Source of the DNA: Bacteriovoracia bacterium
Lineage (GTDB): Bacteria; Bdellovibrionota; UBA1018; JBFWNL01
Reading direction: 5' to 3'
DNA length: 64,000 nt
Assembly: GCA_050251055.1 (NCBI GenBank)
Contig: JBFWNL010000010.1
Span: 1 to 64,000, forward strand
Shown here: positions 1 through 9,168 of the stretch, piece by piece
Layout: each line of letters begins with the position of its first letter
Position numbering within the stretch: position 1 is the first letter of the stretch
Made by a program: the position numbers and the translations under genes
Notes under the pieces: model-generated
Told to the model about the DNA's origin: nothing
What the model saw: only the letters and a program-made list of their open reading frames with translations
Databases searched by the model: none

Positions 1-132
1 ACCCCACCCCCGCACCGCACGAGAACTACGCATTGAGTCGCCGGGAATTGAGGCCTGGCAACCGCGCCTAGGCGTTTTGCCCTGGAAAATATGTCAATCA
101 TCCCCTCTCGGTGCTAAGGTCAAGCCCCCCTC

Positions 133-1668
133 ATGAGTGATATTTTTCAGGCGGTCATTCACCACTATCCCGATCTCTTTTTCCGATTGGACTACGATGG
201 GACTTACCTGGACTACCAAGGAGGCCCCGAAGGAAACCGGCTCCTGCTGAAGACGCCGGGAGAGTTCCTCGGTAAGCGTGTTTCCGAGGTGCTCCCGCCG
301 GACCTGGCGGGCCAGGTGATGCGGGCGCTCGAGAGCCTTCGCCACGGAGCCCAGGCCGTCGAGTTTGAATACACGCTACCCCAAGACGGGCAGACCCAGG
401 CCTACGCGGCGAAACTCATGGCGCTCTCCGAGCGGGAAGTTCTTTGCGTCTGCCGCGATATTACCCGCCGGAAAAAAACTGAAGCCGAGCACGTATTCAT
501 GACCCAGGTGAGCAAACTGGTCGGCGCGCAGGGGGATCTGGGCGAGCTGCTCCACCGCATCGCCCGCGAGTTCGCACCTCGCTTCGGCGATCATTGCGTC
601 ATCACGCTGGTCAATGCCGACCGCCGCGTCGCCCGCGTCGAGGCTTATAGCCCGTACGAAAAAACGCAGGCGTTGCTCAGCATCGCCGCGGCGAAGTATC
701 TTTGGAACGGTACGAATGTCACCGTGGACGCCGTTTTCGCTCAGGATGGCCCCGTCCTGGTCTCGGAGATGGGCGTGACGGAGACACGCGATCTCGCGGT
801 GGACGACGAAGGGCTGAAACTTCTCGCCAAGATCGCGCTTCGCTCCCTCATCTCCTTCCCTTTGCGCTCGCGTGACCGCGTCATCGGCGTGATCAATCTT
901 GGCATGATCGAATCGAATCGACGTTTCTTCGCCGAAGATGTCGAGGTGATGGAACGGCTCGCGCTCTTCGTGTCGCTCGTGGTGACCGACTGGCAGAATC
1001 GCCATGCCGCGGAGCTCGCCTCCCTCCGCCGCGATGAGCTGGCTTACCAGATCCAAGAACTTCACGAGCCGGTAGCGACGATCGACAAACAGCTCGGGGT
1101 GCTACTGAAGTCGTGGCCGCTCCAAGGCCGCGAATCCGCGCCACTCAAGAAAGCGTTGAAGTCCATCCAAGGCGCGAGCGAACAACTGATGGCGAGCCTC
1201 CAGGAAATGAATGCCGAGAACTTCTCCGCCGAACTTCATGCGGAACCCAAGCGGGTGGAAGACGTCATTCAGCAAGCCCGCAGCGCCATTCCCGGAAGAG
1301 TAACCACGGAAGTCACCATGCCCAACACCCTCGTGCTCTGTGATGAACCCCGCCTAGCGCAAGCGATCTCCCAACTCGCGCGCGCGACCGCCCTACGCGT
1401 GGGCAAGTCCGCGAGTATCCATCTCAGCGCAGAAGTGAGCGAAGGCTCACCCCGATTCACGGTAACCTCCGACGAATGGGGAACGAGCAAACGGTCGCTG
1501 GAGTCCACCCAAGCCGCCGAGCAAGCGCAAAAAATCATCGAGGCGCATGGCGGCCGGCTCTGGAGTGAAAGTAACCCGCCACCACCCGCCGTGGGGGGAG
1601 CCGATGTTTCGGAACGCCGGCAAAAACCCGTATACCGCTTCACTTTGCCGGAGTTTCGGCCCTCTTAA
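133..1668 (+). CDS. PAS-GAF sensor with degenerate histidine-kinase module (probable pseudokinase)
   Basis: N-terminal PAS (PDLFFRLDYDGTYLDY...CRDIT), GAF (LISFPLRSRDRVIGVI), C-terminal IIEAHGGRLWSES typical of HATPase_c; H, N and G boxes eroded. Confidence 0.75.
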   Translation: MSDIFQAVIHHYPDLFFRLDYDGTYLDYQGGPEGNRLLLKTPGEFLGKRVSEVLPPDLAGQVMRALESLRHGAQAVEFEYTLPQDGQTQAYAAKLMALSEREVLCVCRDITRRKKTEAEHVFMTQVSKLVGAQGDLGELLHRIAREFAPRFGDHCVITLVNADRRVARVEAYSPYEKTQALLSIAAAKYLWNGTNVTVDAVFAQDGPVLVSEMGVTETRDLAVDDEGLKLLAKIALRSLISFPLRSRDRVIGVINLGMIESNRRFFAEDVEVMERLALFVSLVVTDWQNRHAAELASLRRDELAYQIQELHEPVATIDKQLGVLLKSWPLQGRESAPLKKALKSIQGASEQLMASLQEMNAENFSAELHAEPKRVEDVIQQARSAIPGRVTTEVTMPNTLVLCDEPRLAQAISQLARATALRVGKSASIHLSAEVSEGSPRFTVTSDEWGTSKRSLESTQAAEQAQKIIEAHGGRLWSESNPPPPAVGGADVSERRQKPVYRFTLPEFRPS

Positions 1669-1670
1669 GC

Positions 1671-2273
1671 ATGCACGCGGAACCCATCGCCCGCCAGCTG
1701 CACGCCCAAGGCTACGCGATCGCCCCGGACTTCTTGCCCGGGCCCACCTGGCGGGACTTACATCAAGAATTCGGCACCTGGCTGAGCCAAGGAAAATTCC
1801 GCCCCGCCGGGATCGGCAAGGGCCCTGAACGTCAGATCCAGACGGACATTCGCGGCGACCGCATCTGCTGGTGGGAGAGCGCGACGCCCACCGATGCGCA
1901 ACGGGAAACGCGGACTAAGCTAGACGAGCTGCGCACGCATCTGAATCACGCGCTTTTTCTCGGCCTGCACGAGTTCGAAGGGCACTACGCGATCTATCCG
2001 CCGGGAGCCGGCTACCAAAAGCACCGGGACGCCTTTCGCGACGACGATGCGCGCACGCTTTCGCTGGTCCTTTACCTAAACCCGGATTGGCGTCCAGGCG
2101 ACGGCGGCGAACTCGCGCTCTATCCTGGCTCTCCCGCTAGTACGGTGATCGTGGAGCCGCGCGCCGGTACCCTCGCGTGCTTTTTAAGCCGTGAGATCAC
2201 GCACGAGGTGCGGCCAGCACGTACGGAACGCCGCAGCTTCGCCGGCTGGTGGAAACAGTCCCGCCCTATTTGA
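1671..2273 (+). CDS. 2OG-Fe(II) oxygenase, prolyl-4-hydroxylase/SM-20-like
   Basis: IRGDRICW, YQKHRD (HxD), LYLNPDW...GGEL, HEV...R.S motifs. Confidence 0.85.
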   Translation: MHAEPIARQLHAQGYAIAPDFLPGPTWRDLHQEFGTWLSQGKFRPAGIGKGPERQIQTDIRGDRICWWESATPTDAQRETRTKLDELRTHLNHALFLGLHEFEGHYAIYPPGAGYQKHRDAFRDDDARTLSLVLYLNPDWRPGDGGELALYPGSPASTVIVEPRAGTLACFLSREITHEVRPARTERRSFAGWWKQSRPI

Positions 2274-2883
2274 GGAGCCCCTGAATCAGGTCACGCGAAA
2301 CCCTCGTCGCGGCCGCTTTGGCATCGGCGGGGGAAAAACCGCACGTAGTCTGCAGGCGCCCGCCCATCAAGAGCACGGAAAGACCGTGCGAAGCCGACCA
2401 AAGCGACATCGAGATCTCGTTCACCTGCCGATCACGCAGCAACCCCGCCTCGGCACATTCCTTCACTAAGTCGTTCAACACGTTGAACCCCTTCTGCGCG
2501 CTCATTAGCACGTGGGGGAATTCGAGGAAATTGCCGACGTCGTACTGAAACATGATTTGATAAAGAATGGGGTGCGCGAGCGCGAACTCGACGTAGGCGG
2601 AAAAAAGCGCGGAGAGTCGCCGCAATGGCTGATTCGCCGGCTTCGCCGAAGCACTGGCCAAACTGGCGTGGAACTTCACGAAACCTTCGCCCGCGATTTC
2701 GGCCAGGATCGCGTTCTTGCTGGAAAAGTGGCGGTATGCCGCCGCCGGGACGACGCCGGCGACGTCGCAGATATCTTTAATTCCAAAATTCACCGACTGG
2801 CGTTCGTTCATGAGCTGAACGGCTGCCGCCATCAGCGTGTTTCGCAGATCGCCGTGATGATAGGCTCGCTTCTTTTTCGGCAT
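2266..2883 (-). CDS. TetR/AcrR family transcriptional regulator (WHG-type C-terminus)
   Basis: YHHGDLR N-terminus, HTH AGVVPAAAYRHFSSK, WSASHG. Confidence 0.9.
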   Translation of the reverse strand: MPKKKRAYHHGDLRNTLMAAAVQLMNERQSVNFGIKDICDVAGVVPAAAYRHFSSKNAILAEIAGEGFVKFHASLASASAKPANQPLRRLSALFSAYVEFALAHPILYQIMFQYDVGNFLEFPHVLMSAQKGFNVLNDLVKECAEAGLLRDRQVNEISMSLWSASHGLSVLLMGGRLQTTCGFSPADAKAAATRVSRDLIQGLLK

Positions 2884-2925
2884 GGAATCACCAGTTTAGC
2901 AGAATCAAGGCAAATGCCAATTTTA

Positions 2926-2968
2926 ATGTGTACAACATTCACATTTTATGTGAATATTATTCACATAA
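2926..2968. promoter_or_regulatory. Two tandem palindromic operators ATGTG-N9-CACAT, probable TetR sites
   Basis: ATGTGTACAACATTCACAT at 2926-2944 and TTATGTGAATA-T-TATTCACATAA at 2946-2968 (perfect 11-bp arms), between the divergent tetR and barrel genes. Confidence 0.75.
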
Positions 2969-2982
2969 GGAGCCTCTGGCAT

Positions 2983-3711
2983 ATGAAGCTGAAACAACAT
3001 GTATCCACTTTAACCCTAATCGCGGCCCTCGCGGCTGGCGCCCTCCCCCTCACTCCGGCCTTCGCCGGCGACGACGGGGACTGCGAAGAATGCGGACACC
3101 ACCAGAAGCACTGGCGGAACTGGTCCTTTACCCTTTCGCCCCTCTACCAGAGGAATACCCGCACCAGCCTCAATGCGGCCTACGCCGCCAACGGCTTCGC
3201 GGCGCCTACCCAAGACCTCTTCGGACTCAGTTTCCAAGCGGTCCGTAACTACGAATCGGGCGTGAAGCTTGGCTTCGAGTTCCAAGGCGTTGGCACGGGC
3301 CAAACCGTGGGCGCGAACGAGGCGATGTATAACTCCGGTGCGTTCGGCGTTTACGTCGGCTACGAGTTCGCGCGCCTGGGTAACACTTCATTCACGATCG
3401 GTAGCGGGTTGGGCTGGTCCGGCTCCACCGTGCAAATGTTCAGTGGTGGTCAAGACGGGCGATACACCGAGTACGGCTTCTACGCGAACCCGGCTTTAGC
3501 GATCGACCAGCAGGTCTCCGACCGCGTGAAGATAGGGGTTTCGGGCGGATACTTCGCCGCCATCAGCCAAGGCTCCGAAACCCGGGGGGACACGCTTGCC
3601 CTAAGCGATATCTCGCCGCGGGGACTAGAAATCCAAGTGAATTTTACTTTCGGTAAATTCGGCGAAGACGCTAAGTCGGCCGAGAAGAAGACGTCGGAAG
3701 AAAAGAAATAA
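2983..3711 (+). CDS. Exported outer-membrane beta-barrel-like protein
   Basis: Start re-called at ATG 2983 after AAGGAG; signal peptide ending AFA; alternating aromatic beta strands; N-terminal CEECGHH. Confidence 0.6.
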   Translation: MKLKQHVSTLTLIAALAAGALPLTPAFAGDDGDCEECGHHQKHWRNWSFTLSPLYQRNTRTSLNAAYAANGFAAPTQDLFGLSFQAVRNYESGVKLGFEFQGVGTGQTVGANEAMYNSGAFGVYVGYEFARLGNTSFTIGSGLGWSGSTVQMFSGGQDGRYTEYGFYANPALAIDQQVSDRVKIGVSGGYFAAISQGSETRGDTLALSDISPRGLEIQVNFTFGKFGEDAKSAEKKTSEEKK

Positions 3712-3740
3712 CAGAGAAGTAAACCCGCCAAGAGCGGAGC

Positions 3741-3965
3741 CTACATCTCCTTCAGACGGTGGGTGATCAGGCCGTGAGTAGGATCGTAGGGGGAGACAGC
3801 GACCGTCACGTTGTCTCCCACCAATACACGAATTTTGAATTTCTTGAGCCGGCCCGAGAGTCTTGCCATGACGGTGGCCCCATTACCCAATTGAACGACA
3901 TAGTTCCCGCCGCCCGTGACGTCGGAAATCTTGCCGTTTATCTGGATAAGGTCCTCTCTCGACAT
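3741..3965 (-). CDS. infA: Translation initiation factor IF-1
   Basis: 74 aa; ARLSGRLKKFKIRVLVGDNVTVAVSPYDPTHGLITHR matches IF-1 pattern. Confidence 0.92.
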   Translation of the reverse strand: MSREDLIQINGKISDVTGGGNYVVQLGNGATVMARLSGRLKKFKIRVLVGDNVTVAVSPYDPTHGLITHRLKEM

Positions 3966-3992
3966 AACCCGCCCATAGAGAAAGAAGTTGGA

Positions 3993-4346
3993 TTAGTAAC
4001 GACCGCGTCCGCCGCCGCCACCACCGAAGCCGCCGCGTCCACCGCGACCGCCACCGCCGCCGCCGAAGCCGCCGCGTCCACCGCCGCCTTCACGGGGCGC
4101 CATGGGACGAGCTTCGTTCACCGTCATCGCGCGGCCTTCGTAGTCAGCGCCATTGAACTTAGCGATCGCGTCTTGAGCTTCCGCGTCCGTGGACATTTCC
4201 ACGAAGCCGAAGCCCTTGCTGCGACCGGTTTCACGATCCATGATGATTTTAGCCGATTCCACGGTTCCGCATTGAGCGAAAGTGTTCGCGAGCACGTCAT
4301 CGGTCGCGGTGAAAGGCAGATTTCCAACGTAAAGTTTTTTTCCCAT
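3993..4346 (-). CDS. RRM RNA-binding protein with Gly/Arg-rich tail
   Basis: RNP2 LYVGNL, RNP1 KGFGFVEM, RGG-rich C-terminus; GGAGG RBS. Confidence 0.95.
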   Translation of the reverse strand: MGKKLYVGNLPFTATDDVLANTFAQCGTVESAKIIMDRETGRSKGFGFVEMSTDAEAQDAIAKFNGADYEGRAMTVNEARPMAPREGGGGRGGFGGGGGGRGGRGGFGGGGGGRGRY

Positions 4347-4517
4347 ATAACCTCCAAATGGCCGGGGCCGCTAACAACGAGGATATGGGACACTATGTCC
4401 GCAGACTCTGTAGTGGCTAAACTGCCTTGCACCTTAGCAAAAGGATTGCCTTTCGGGTACCTCGAATTTCCAAGATCTAGATAATTCTAGACTAAAATAA
4501 TCATATAATATTCTGCC

Positions 4518-5465
4518 CTAACTACGGGGAGAATTCACCGCCGCGGCTGGATCTTTTCGGCTTTTGATCACCGAATAGAGGATCGCCGCCCCTAAGCAGA
4601 TGAGGATCACGATCAGGGACCAACCGGGGGAAATTTTATAAATATCGGTCAGACAGAGCTTGATCCCGACAAAGCTCAGGACGGTTGCCAGCCCGTAACG
4701 TAAATAAGCAAACAACGACATCAGGCCTGCCAACGCGAAGTAGAGCGAACGCAAGCCCAAGATCGCGAAAATATTCGAAGTATATACGATGAACGGATCG
4801 CTTGAGATGGCCAAAATAGCGGGAATGGAGTCCGCCGCGAAAACCAGGTCCGTTACCTCGACAATAATGAGCACCATCAAAAGCGGCGTACCCAGGCGAC
4901 GCCCGTTTTGAATCGTGATGAACTTGCCACCGTCGTATCGATCGCTAAAACGAAACCATCGGGTGGCGAACTTCACGATCCATCGCTCGCGCGGATCGGT
5001 CTCGCCGGCATCCCCCCCGAAGGCGAGCTTAATGCCGGTAACCAGGAGAAACGCGCCAAAGATATAGACGATCCAGTGAAACTGCTTCAATAAGGCGATC
5101 CCGCCGAAAATGAATATCGCCCGCATGACCAGCGCGCCCAATATCCCCCAGAACAACACGCGGTGCTGGAGCTTAGACGGCACGGCGAAGGCCGAGAAGA
5201 TCGTCAAGAACACGAAGAGATTGTCGACACTCAGCGACCATTCAATCACGTAGCCGGTGAGGAAAGTGATGGCGGCGTCCTTGCCCCGAAAAAACCAGAT
5301 GCCGCCGTTAAACAGCAGCGCGAGCGAAAACCAAACCGCGCTCCAGCTCAAAGCCTCCTTAAACTTGATCTCGTGCGCCTTCTTGTGAAAAACCCCCAAA
5401 TCGAGAGCCAGCGCGGCGAAGAGAAAGAGGTGAAAGCCGATCCAGGGCCAATAGTTTTGCAGCAT
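4518..5465 (-). CDS. TerC/Alx family membrane protein
   Basis: EWSLSVDNLFVF, QHRVLFWGILGALVMR, DLVFAADSIPA, SNIFAILGLRSLYF. Confidence 0.93.
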   Translation of the reverse strand: MLQNYWPWIGFHLFLFAALALDLGVFHKKAHEIKFKEALSWSAVWFSLALLFNGGIWFFRGKDAAITFLTGYVIEWSLSVDNLFVFLTIFSAFAVPSKLQHRVLFWGILGALVMRAIFIFGGIALLKQFHWIVYIFGAFLLVTGIKLAFGGDAGETDPRERWIVKFATRWFRFSDRYDGGKFITIQNGRRLGTPLLMVLIIVEVTDLVFAADSIPAILAISSDPFIVYTSNIFAILGLRSLYFALAGLMSLFAYLRYGLATVLSFVGIKLCLTDIYKISPGWSLIVILICLGAAILYSVIKSRKDPAAAVNSPRS

Positions 5466-5562
5466 CTTTAAAAATTCCCTGGATTCAATCCTACGTGAAG
5501 GTGCGGCTGGCGCCCATTCCCAATTTGCGATCGGGTTCTTTGCTTTAAACGAATGCTCGGCC

Positions 5563-6444
5563 TCACAGCGAAAATCCCTGCATCAGCTTGGCCGCCACCG
5601 GATTTTCGTGTTTACGATGAGCGGAAATAAGCCAAACTTCTTCGTAAACCCCCCTTAGCCGGCCGATGCGTTCGAGCTTTCCTTCCTTCTCCAAGGCGTC
5701 GATCGCGGTTTCGGAAAACGGCGCCAGCCCCAGGCCATTCAGCGCCATCAGCCGCTGCAAACTCGTATCTTGGGTTTCCGCCGCCGGCGCGATCTGGATT
5801 CCTTGCAATTTGAAGTAGTGGTTCAGGTCGTGGCGAAGACGGCTATGGGCGGTAGGCAACACGAATGGCTTGCCGTTAAGGGATTTGGGAAACCCCCGGC
5901 GCAGCTCCACATATTGGCGGGCGCCGAAAACCGAAACGGGTGATTTGGCCACCGATTTCGAATAAACCTGTTCGCGGTCGGACGCGGGCGGCGGAAAATT
6001 CGAGAGAATCAAGTCCAGCCGGTGCGTGTAAAGCTCGCGGAAAAGCTCATCCCCCTTCCCTTCCAAAATGGAAACCGTGCAGGGGCCAATTCGGTACGCC
6101 GCCTTCGCTAACGAGAGAATCACGCTCTTCGGTACGCTATCGAGCGCGCCAATCTGCAGGTGGGTCTTGTTGTCCACGGTCTTGTCCTTCATGACCTCCA
6201 AAAGCTCGTCACCGAGGCGAAAAATCTCGTTGGCGTAATCGAGCGCAGCCAAGCCGGCCTCCGTTAGCACCATTTTGCGGTTACGCCGCTCAAACAAAGC
6301 TACACCCAGGGTCTCTTCCAGTTGTCGAAGCTGCGTGCTCAAGGTGGGCTGGCCCAACCTCAATTTCGCGGCGGCCCGGGCAATGCCGCCCTCGTTGGCG
6401 ATCGCCCGAAAATAAAAGAGGTGGTGGTAATTCAGCCAAGTCAT
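5563..6444 (-). CDS. LysR family regulator, NhaR-like
   Basis: WLNYHHLFYF...QPTLSTQLRQLEETLG HTH typical of NhaR-like LysRs. Confidence 0.88.
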   Translation of the reverse strand: MTWLNYHHLFYFRAIANEGGIARAAAKLRLGQPTLSTQLRQLEETLGVALFERRNRKMVLTEAGLAALDYANEIFRLGDELLEVMKDKTVDNKTHLQIGALDSVPKSVILSLAKAAYRIGPCTVSILEGKGDELFRELYTHRLDLILSNFPPPASDREQVYSKSVAKSPVSVFGARQYVELRRGFPKSLNGKPFVLPTAHSRLRHDLNHYFKLQGIQIAPAAETQDTSLQRLMALNGLGLAPFSETAIDALEKEGKLERIGRLRGVYEEVWLISAHRKHENPVAAKLMQGFSL

Positions 6445-6543
6445 TGATCATTCTCTTTTTTAGAATAATTAAATCGCATTTATCGTATTTTAATAACCGA
6501 AGGTCAAGCCTATGCTATGTAGAGTCCTGTAGGAGGCTATTTT

Positions 6544-7455
6544 ATGGCTTGGTTAAAGCGCATCGGTTTGTTTATCGCGGTGAACCTGTTGGTGATGGTG
6601 ACCATCTCCGTCATCCTCAACGTGCTGGGGGTCGGTAATTACATCACCCGGTACGGCCTGGATTACTCCTCGCTGATGGTGTTCTGCCTGGTTTGGGGTA
6701 TGGGCGGCGCCTTCATCTCGCTCGCGCTTTCCCGCGTCATGGCCAAGTGGATGATGGGGGTGCGGATCATTCCGGCCGATACCCGCGACCCGACCCTAAG
6801 CGAGCTGGTCGAAACCGTGCATGAGCTGGCCCGCGCGGCCCGTCTCCCTGCCATGCCCCAAGTCGGCATCTACGATTCCCCCGAGGTGAATGCTTTCGCC
6901 ACCGGGCCTAGCAAATCCCGCTCGCTCGTGGCCGTTTCCACCGGCCTCTTGCAACGCATGCGCAAAGGCGAGGTCCACGGCGTGCTTGGCCACGAAGTGG
7001 CCCACATCGCCAACGGCGATATGGTGACCATGACCCTGATTCAAGGCATCGTGAACGCGTTCGTGATGTTCTTGGCCCGCGTGATCGCATTCGCGCTTAC
7101 GATGAGTGGCCGCGACCGCGACAGCGAGGAAAGCTCGGTCGGTAGCCCCATGGCTTACTACGCAGTGCAGTTCGTGCTCGAAATCGTGTTCATGATCCTC
7201 GGTTCGATCGTCGTGGCGTGGTTCTCGCGCTTACGCGAGTACCGAGCCGACGCGGGCGGTGCCCGCCTGGCAGGCCGCGAGAACATGGTGCAGGCGCTCC
7301 AAGCCCTGCAACGCACGTTCGAAGGCGTCGACCCCTCCGCGCAACCTGCGATCCAGGCGCTTAAGATCTCGAGCCGGCCGGGCGGAATCATGCGGCTGTT
7401 CTCTACGCACCCGGCTCTCTCGGACCGCATCGCGCGCTTGCAAAACGCCGTCTAA
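6544..7455 (+). CDS. htpX: Zinc metalloprotease HtpX (M48)
   Basis: NAFATG, HEVAHIANGDMVT, SRLREYRAD, FSTHP. Confidence 0.95.
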   Translation: MAWLKRIGLFIAVNLLVMVTISVILNVLGVGNYITRYGLDYSSLMVFCLVWGMGGAFISLALSRVMAKWMMGVRIIPADTRDPTLSELVETVHELARAARLPAMPQVGIYDSPEVNAFATGPSKSRSLVAVSTGLLQRMRKGEVHGVLGHEVAHIANGDMVTMTLIQGIVNAFVMFLARVIAFALTMSGRDRDSEESSVGSPMAYYAVQFVLEIVFMILGSIVVAWFSRLREYRADAGGARLAGRENMVQALQALQRTFEGVDPSAQPAIQALKISSRPGGIMRLFSTHPALSDRIARLQNAV

Positions 7456-7492
7456 TTCTTAGGATATCTTTTTCCCTTCGATGCTCGGACGC

Positions 7493-8743
7493 TCAACGTC
7501 CGAGCATCGACATCAAATCCGCCTTCGTCCAGTTGTATTCCCGCTTCAGCTCGGAGAACTTGCGACGCGCCTCCAAGTAGCGTTGGGAAGCACTGAGTAC
7601 GTCCGGCGAGTTCTTCAACCCACGCTGGTACTCCGAAAGCGTACCGTGCAAATACTTCTGCGACTGCTCGACATTGCGCTCAGTTCCGTGCACCAGATCG
7701 TGCGTCAATTTCAGCTGCGCCCGGGCGTTTTCGAAATCCACCCGCGCACCGACGTAGGCTTGATTCGCGCGAAGCCGGAATGCTTCCGCACGCCGGCGGT
7801 CAGCGCGGGCGGTCGCCCCCTGGGCTAGTCCGTCAAACAGTGTGAAAGTCAGCTTGGCTCCAAACACCGTTTCGAAGCGGTCAGCCTGGCTTGGATACTC
7901 GCGTTCTCGAAACGTATATAATGAGTAGTGCGCATACACGTCCAGTTCGGGCGCCCACCACCGCCCGGCCTGGGCGCCCTGCAGATCGAAGATTCGCTCC
8001 TGCAACGAATCGCCCTGGGAACTCAGGTCCGCTTCCGGCGTCAATCCCTCGGGAAGCCAACCCTCGCCGTGCTCGTGCGGGGGCTCAACGACTTGCAATC
8101 TCTCCTCGACAGGGACCCCCAAAGCGACGCCAAGCTTCCGCTCGGCCGACTTTTGCTGCAACTCCAGCCGCGCGAGTTCCTGCTCGAGCTGGGTCTGGTA
8201 GATCTCGAATTCGTAACGATCGGTCTCGGCGCCCATCCCCGCGCCGACCCGGCGCTTGGCGGCGGCAAGATTTTTTGCGTTCTGCTCGATCGCGTCTTTC
8301 ACGAGTCGAATGGACTCCTGCAAGTAGATCAGATCCCAATAATCACGGCGGACCAATCGTAACTCGGTTCGCAGTTTTCGCTGGGCATCGACTTTAGCCA
8401 ACTCGGACTTCTCGCCGCGAAGCTGATGCTCCAGGGCATCTCGCCCGCCACGAAACAAGTTCAAGCTCGCGCCCAGCGACGCCGTGGGCTGGCTTTGGAA
8501 GTCATAAGGGCCCGTCCGGAAGTTTTCCCAGCCCAGCTCGGCGCCGACGCGGGGAAGGAAAGAGCGCAGCAAGTGTCCCGTTTCGACATCCGCAGCTTCC
8601 GCTTCCCGCAGGGCTCCCGCCACTTGGCCGTTCTGCTCGGGCAGCCAACGGGCGAGATCCTCGTAGCGCACCTCCCGGCCCTCGGCCGAAACCGTCGCCA
8701 GTCCCCCCACCATCGCCATGAACCATCCCGTGAATTTAGTCAT
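7493..8743 (-). CDS. TolC-family outer membrane efflux protein
   Basis: Signal peptide, two helical/beta repeats (FLPRV..., LNLFRGG; WAPEL..., FTLFDG), downstream of an RND pump. Confidence 0.8.
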   Translation of the reverse strand: MTKFTGWFMAMVGGLATVSAEGREVRYEDLARWLPEQNGQVAGALREAEAADVETGHLLRSFLPRVGAELGWENFRTGPYDFQSQPTASLGASLNLFRGGRDALEHQLRGEKSELAKVDAQRKLRTELRLVRRDYWDLIYLQESIRLVKDAIEQNAKNLAAAKRRVGAGMGAETDRYEFEIYQTQLEQELARLELQQKSAERKLGVALGVPVEERLQVVEPPHEHGEGWLPEGLTPEADLSSQGDSLQERIFDLQGAQAGRWWAPELDVYAHYSLYTFREREYPSQADRFETVFGAKLTFTLFDGLAQGATARADRRRAEAFRLRANQAYVGARVDFENARAQLKLTHDLVHGTERNVEQSQKYLHGTLSEYQRGLKNSPDVLSASQRYLEARRKFSELKREYNWTKADLMSMLGR

Positions 8744-9168
8744 CAGTGAATATTGTCCACCCCGAAGTCGATCAACGTCGAGGTCGGGCCTTCCTTGAGC
8801 GTCACATGCAAATCATACCGATGCACCTTGGAAATGCCAGGGAGCGGAGCCACGAAATAATCCGCCTCCCGTTTGAAGATCACGGTGCGGTCTTTCTTTT
8901 CCTTGGGAAACCGGATTTTTGCTTCGAGCGTTTCGGTTTTAAGGGGCGCCAGCTTCAGTCCTTTGTCGTAGACATAAATCTTAGCCACTTCCCCTTTCAG
9001 CAATAGCTCACTCTTATAAGGAGGCGCATCCCGTAAAATACCGCCGTGGGGTGCGGGCTCCACCGCCGCCTCATGGTTGTGGCCGTGGCCTTCGCCCGCC
9101 CAGACGGTACGGGGCACGGCGGCAAAGACAAAACACGATATCAGGATGCCGATGGTGATGGTTTTCAT
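8743..9168 (-). CDS. Small exported His-rich protein, putative metal chaperone
   Basis: Signal peptide ending VWA, then GEGHGHNHE...APHGG; overlaps both neighbours. Confidence 0.65.
   Translation of the reverse strand: MKTITIGILISCFVFAAVPRTVWAGEGHGHNHEAAVEPAPHGGILRDAPPYKSELLLKGEVAKIYVYDKGLKLAPLKTETLEAKIRFPKEKKDRTVIFKREADYFVAPLPGISKVHRYDLHVTLKEGPTSTLIDFGVDNIH

Noticed and set aside
4000-4100. Repetitive CCGCCG/CCACCG tract
   Set aside because: It encodes the Gly/Arg tail of the RRM protein; not a CRISPR array or DNA repeat element
5466-5562. Possible yybP-ykoY riboswitch upstream of terC
   Set aside because: Spacer is short and lacks recognisable conserved motifs; an Rfam scan would settle it
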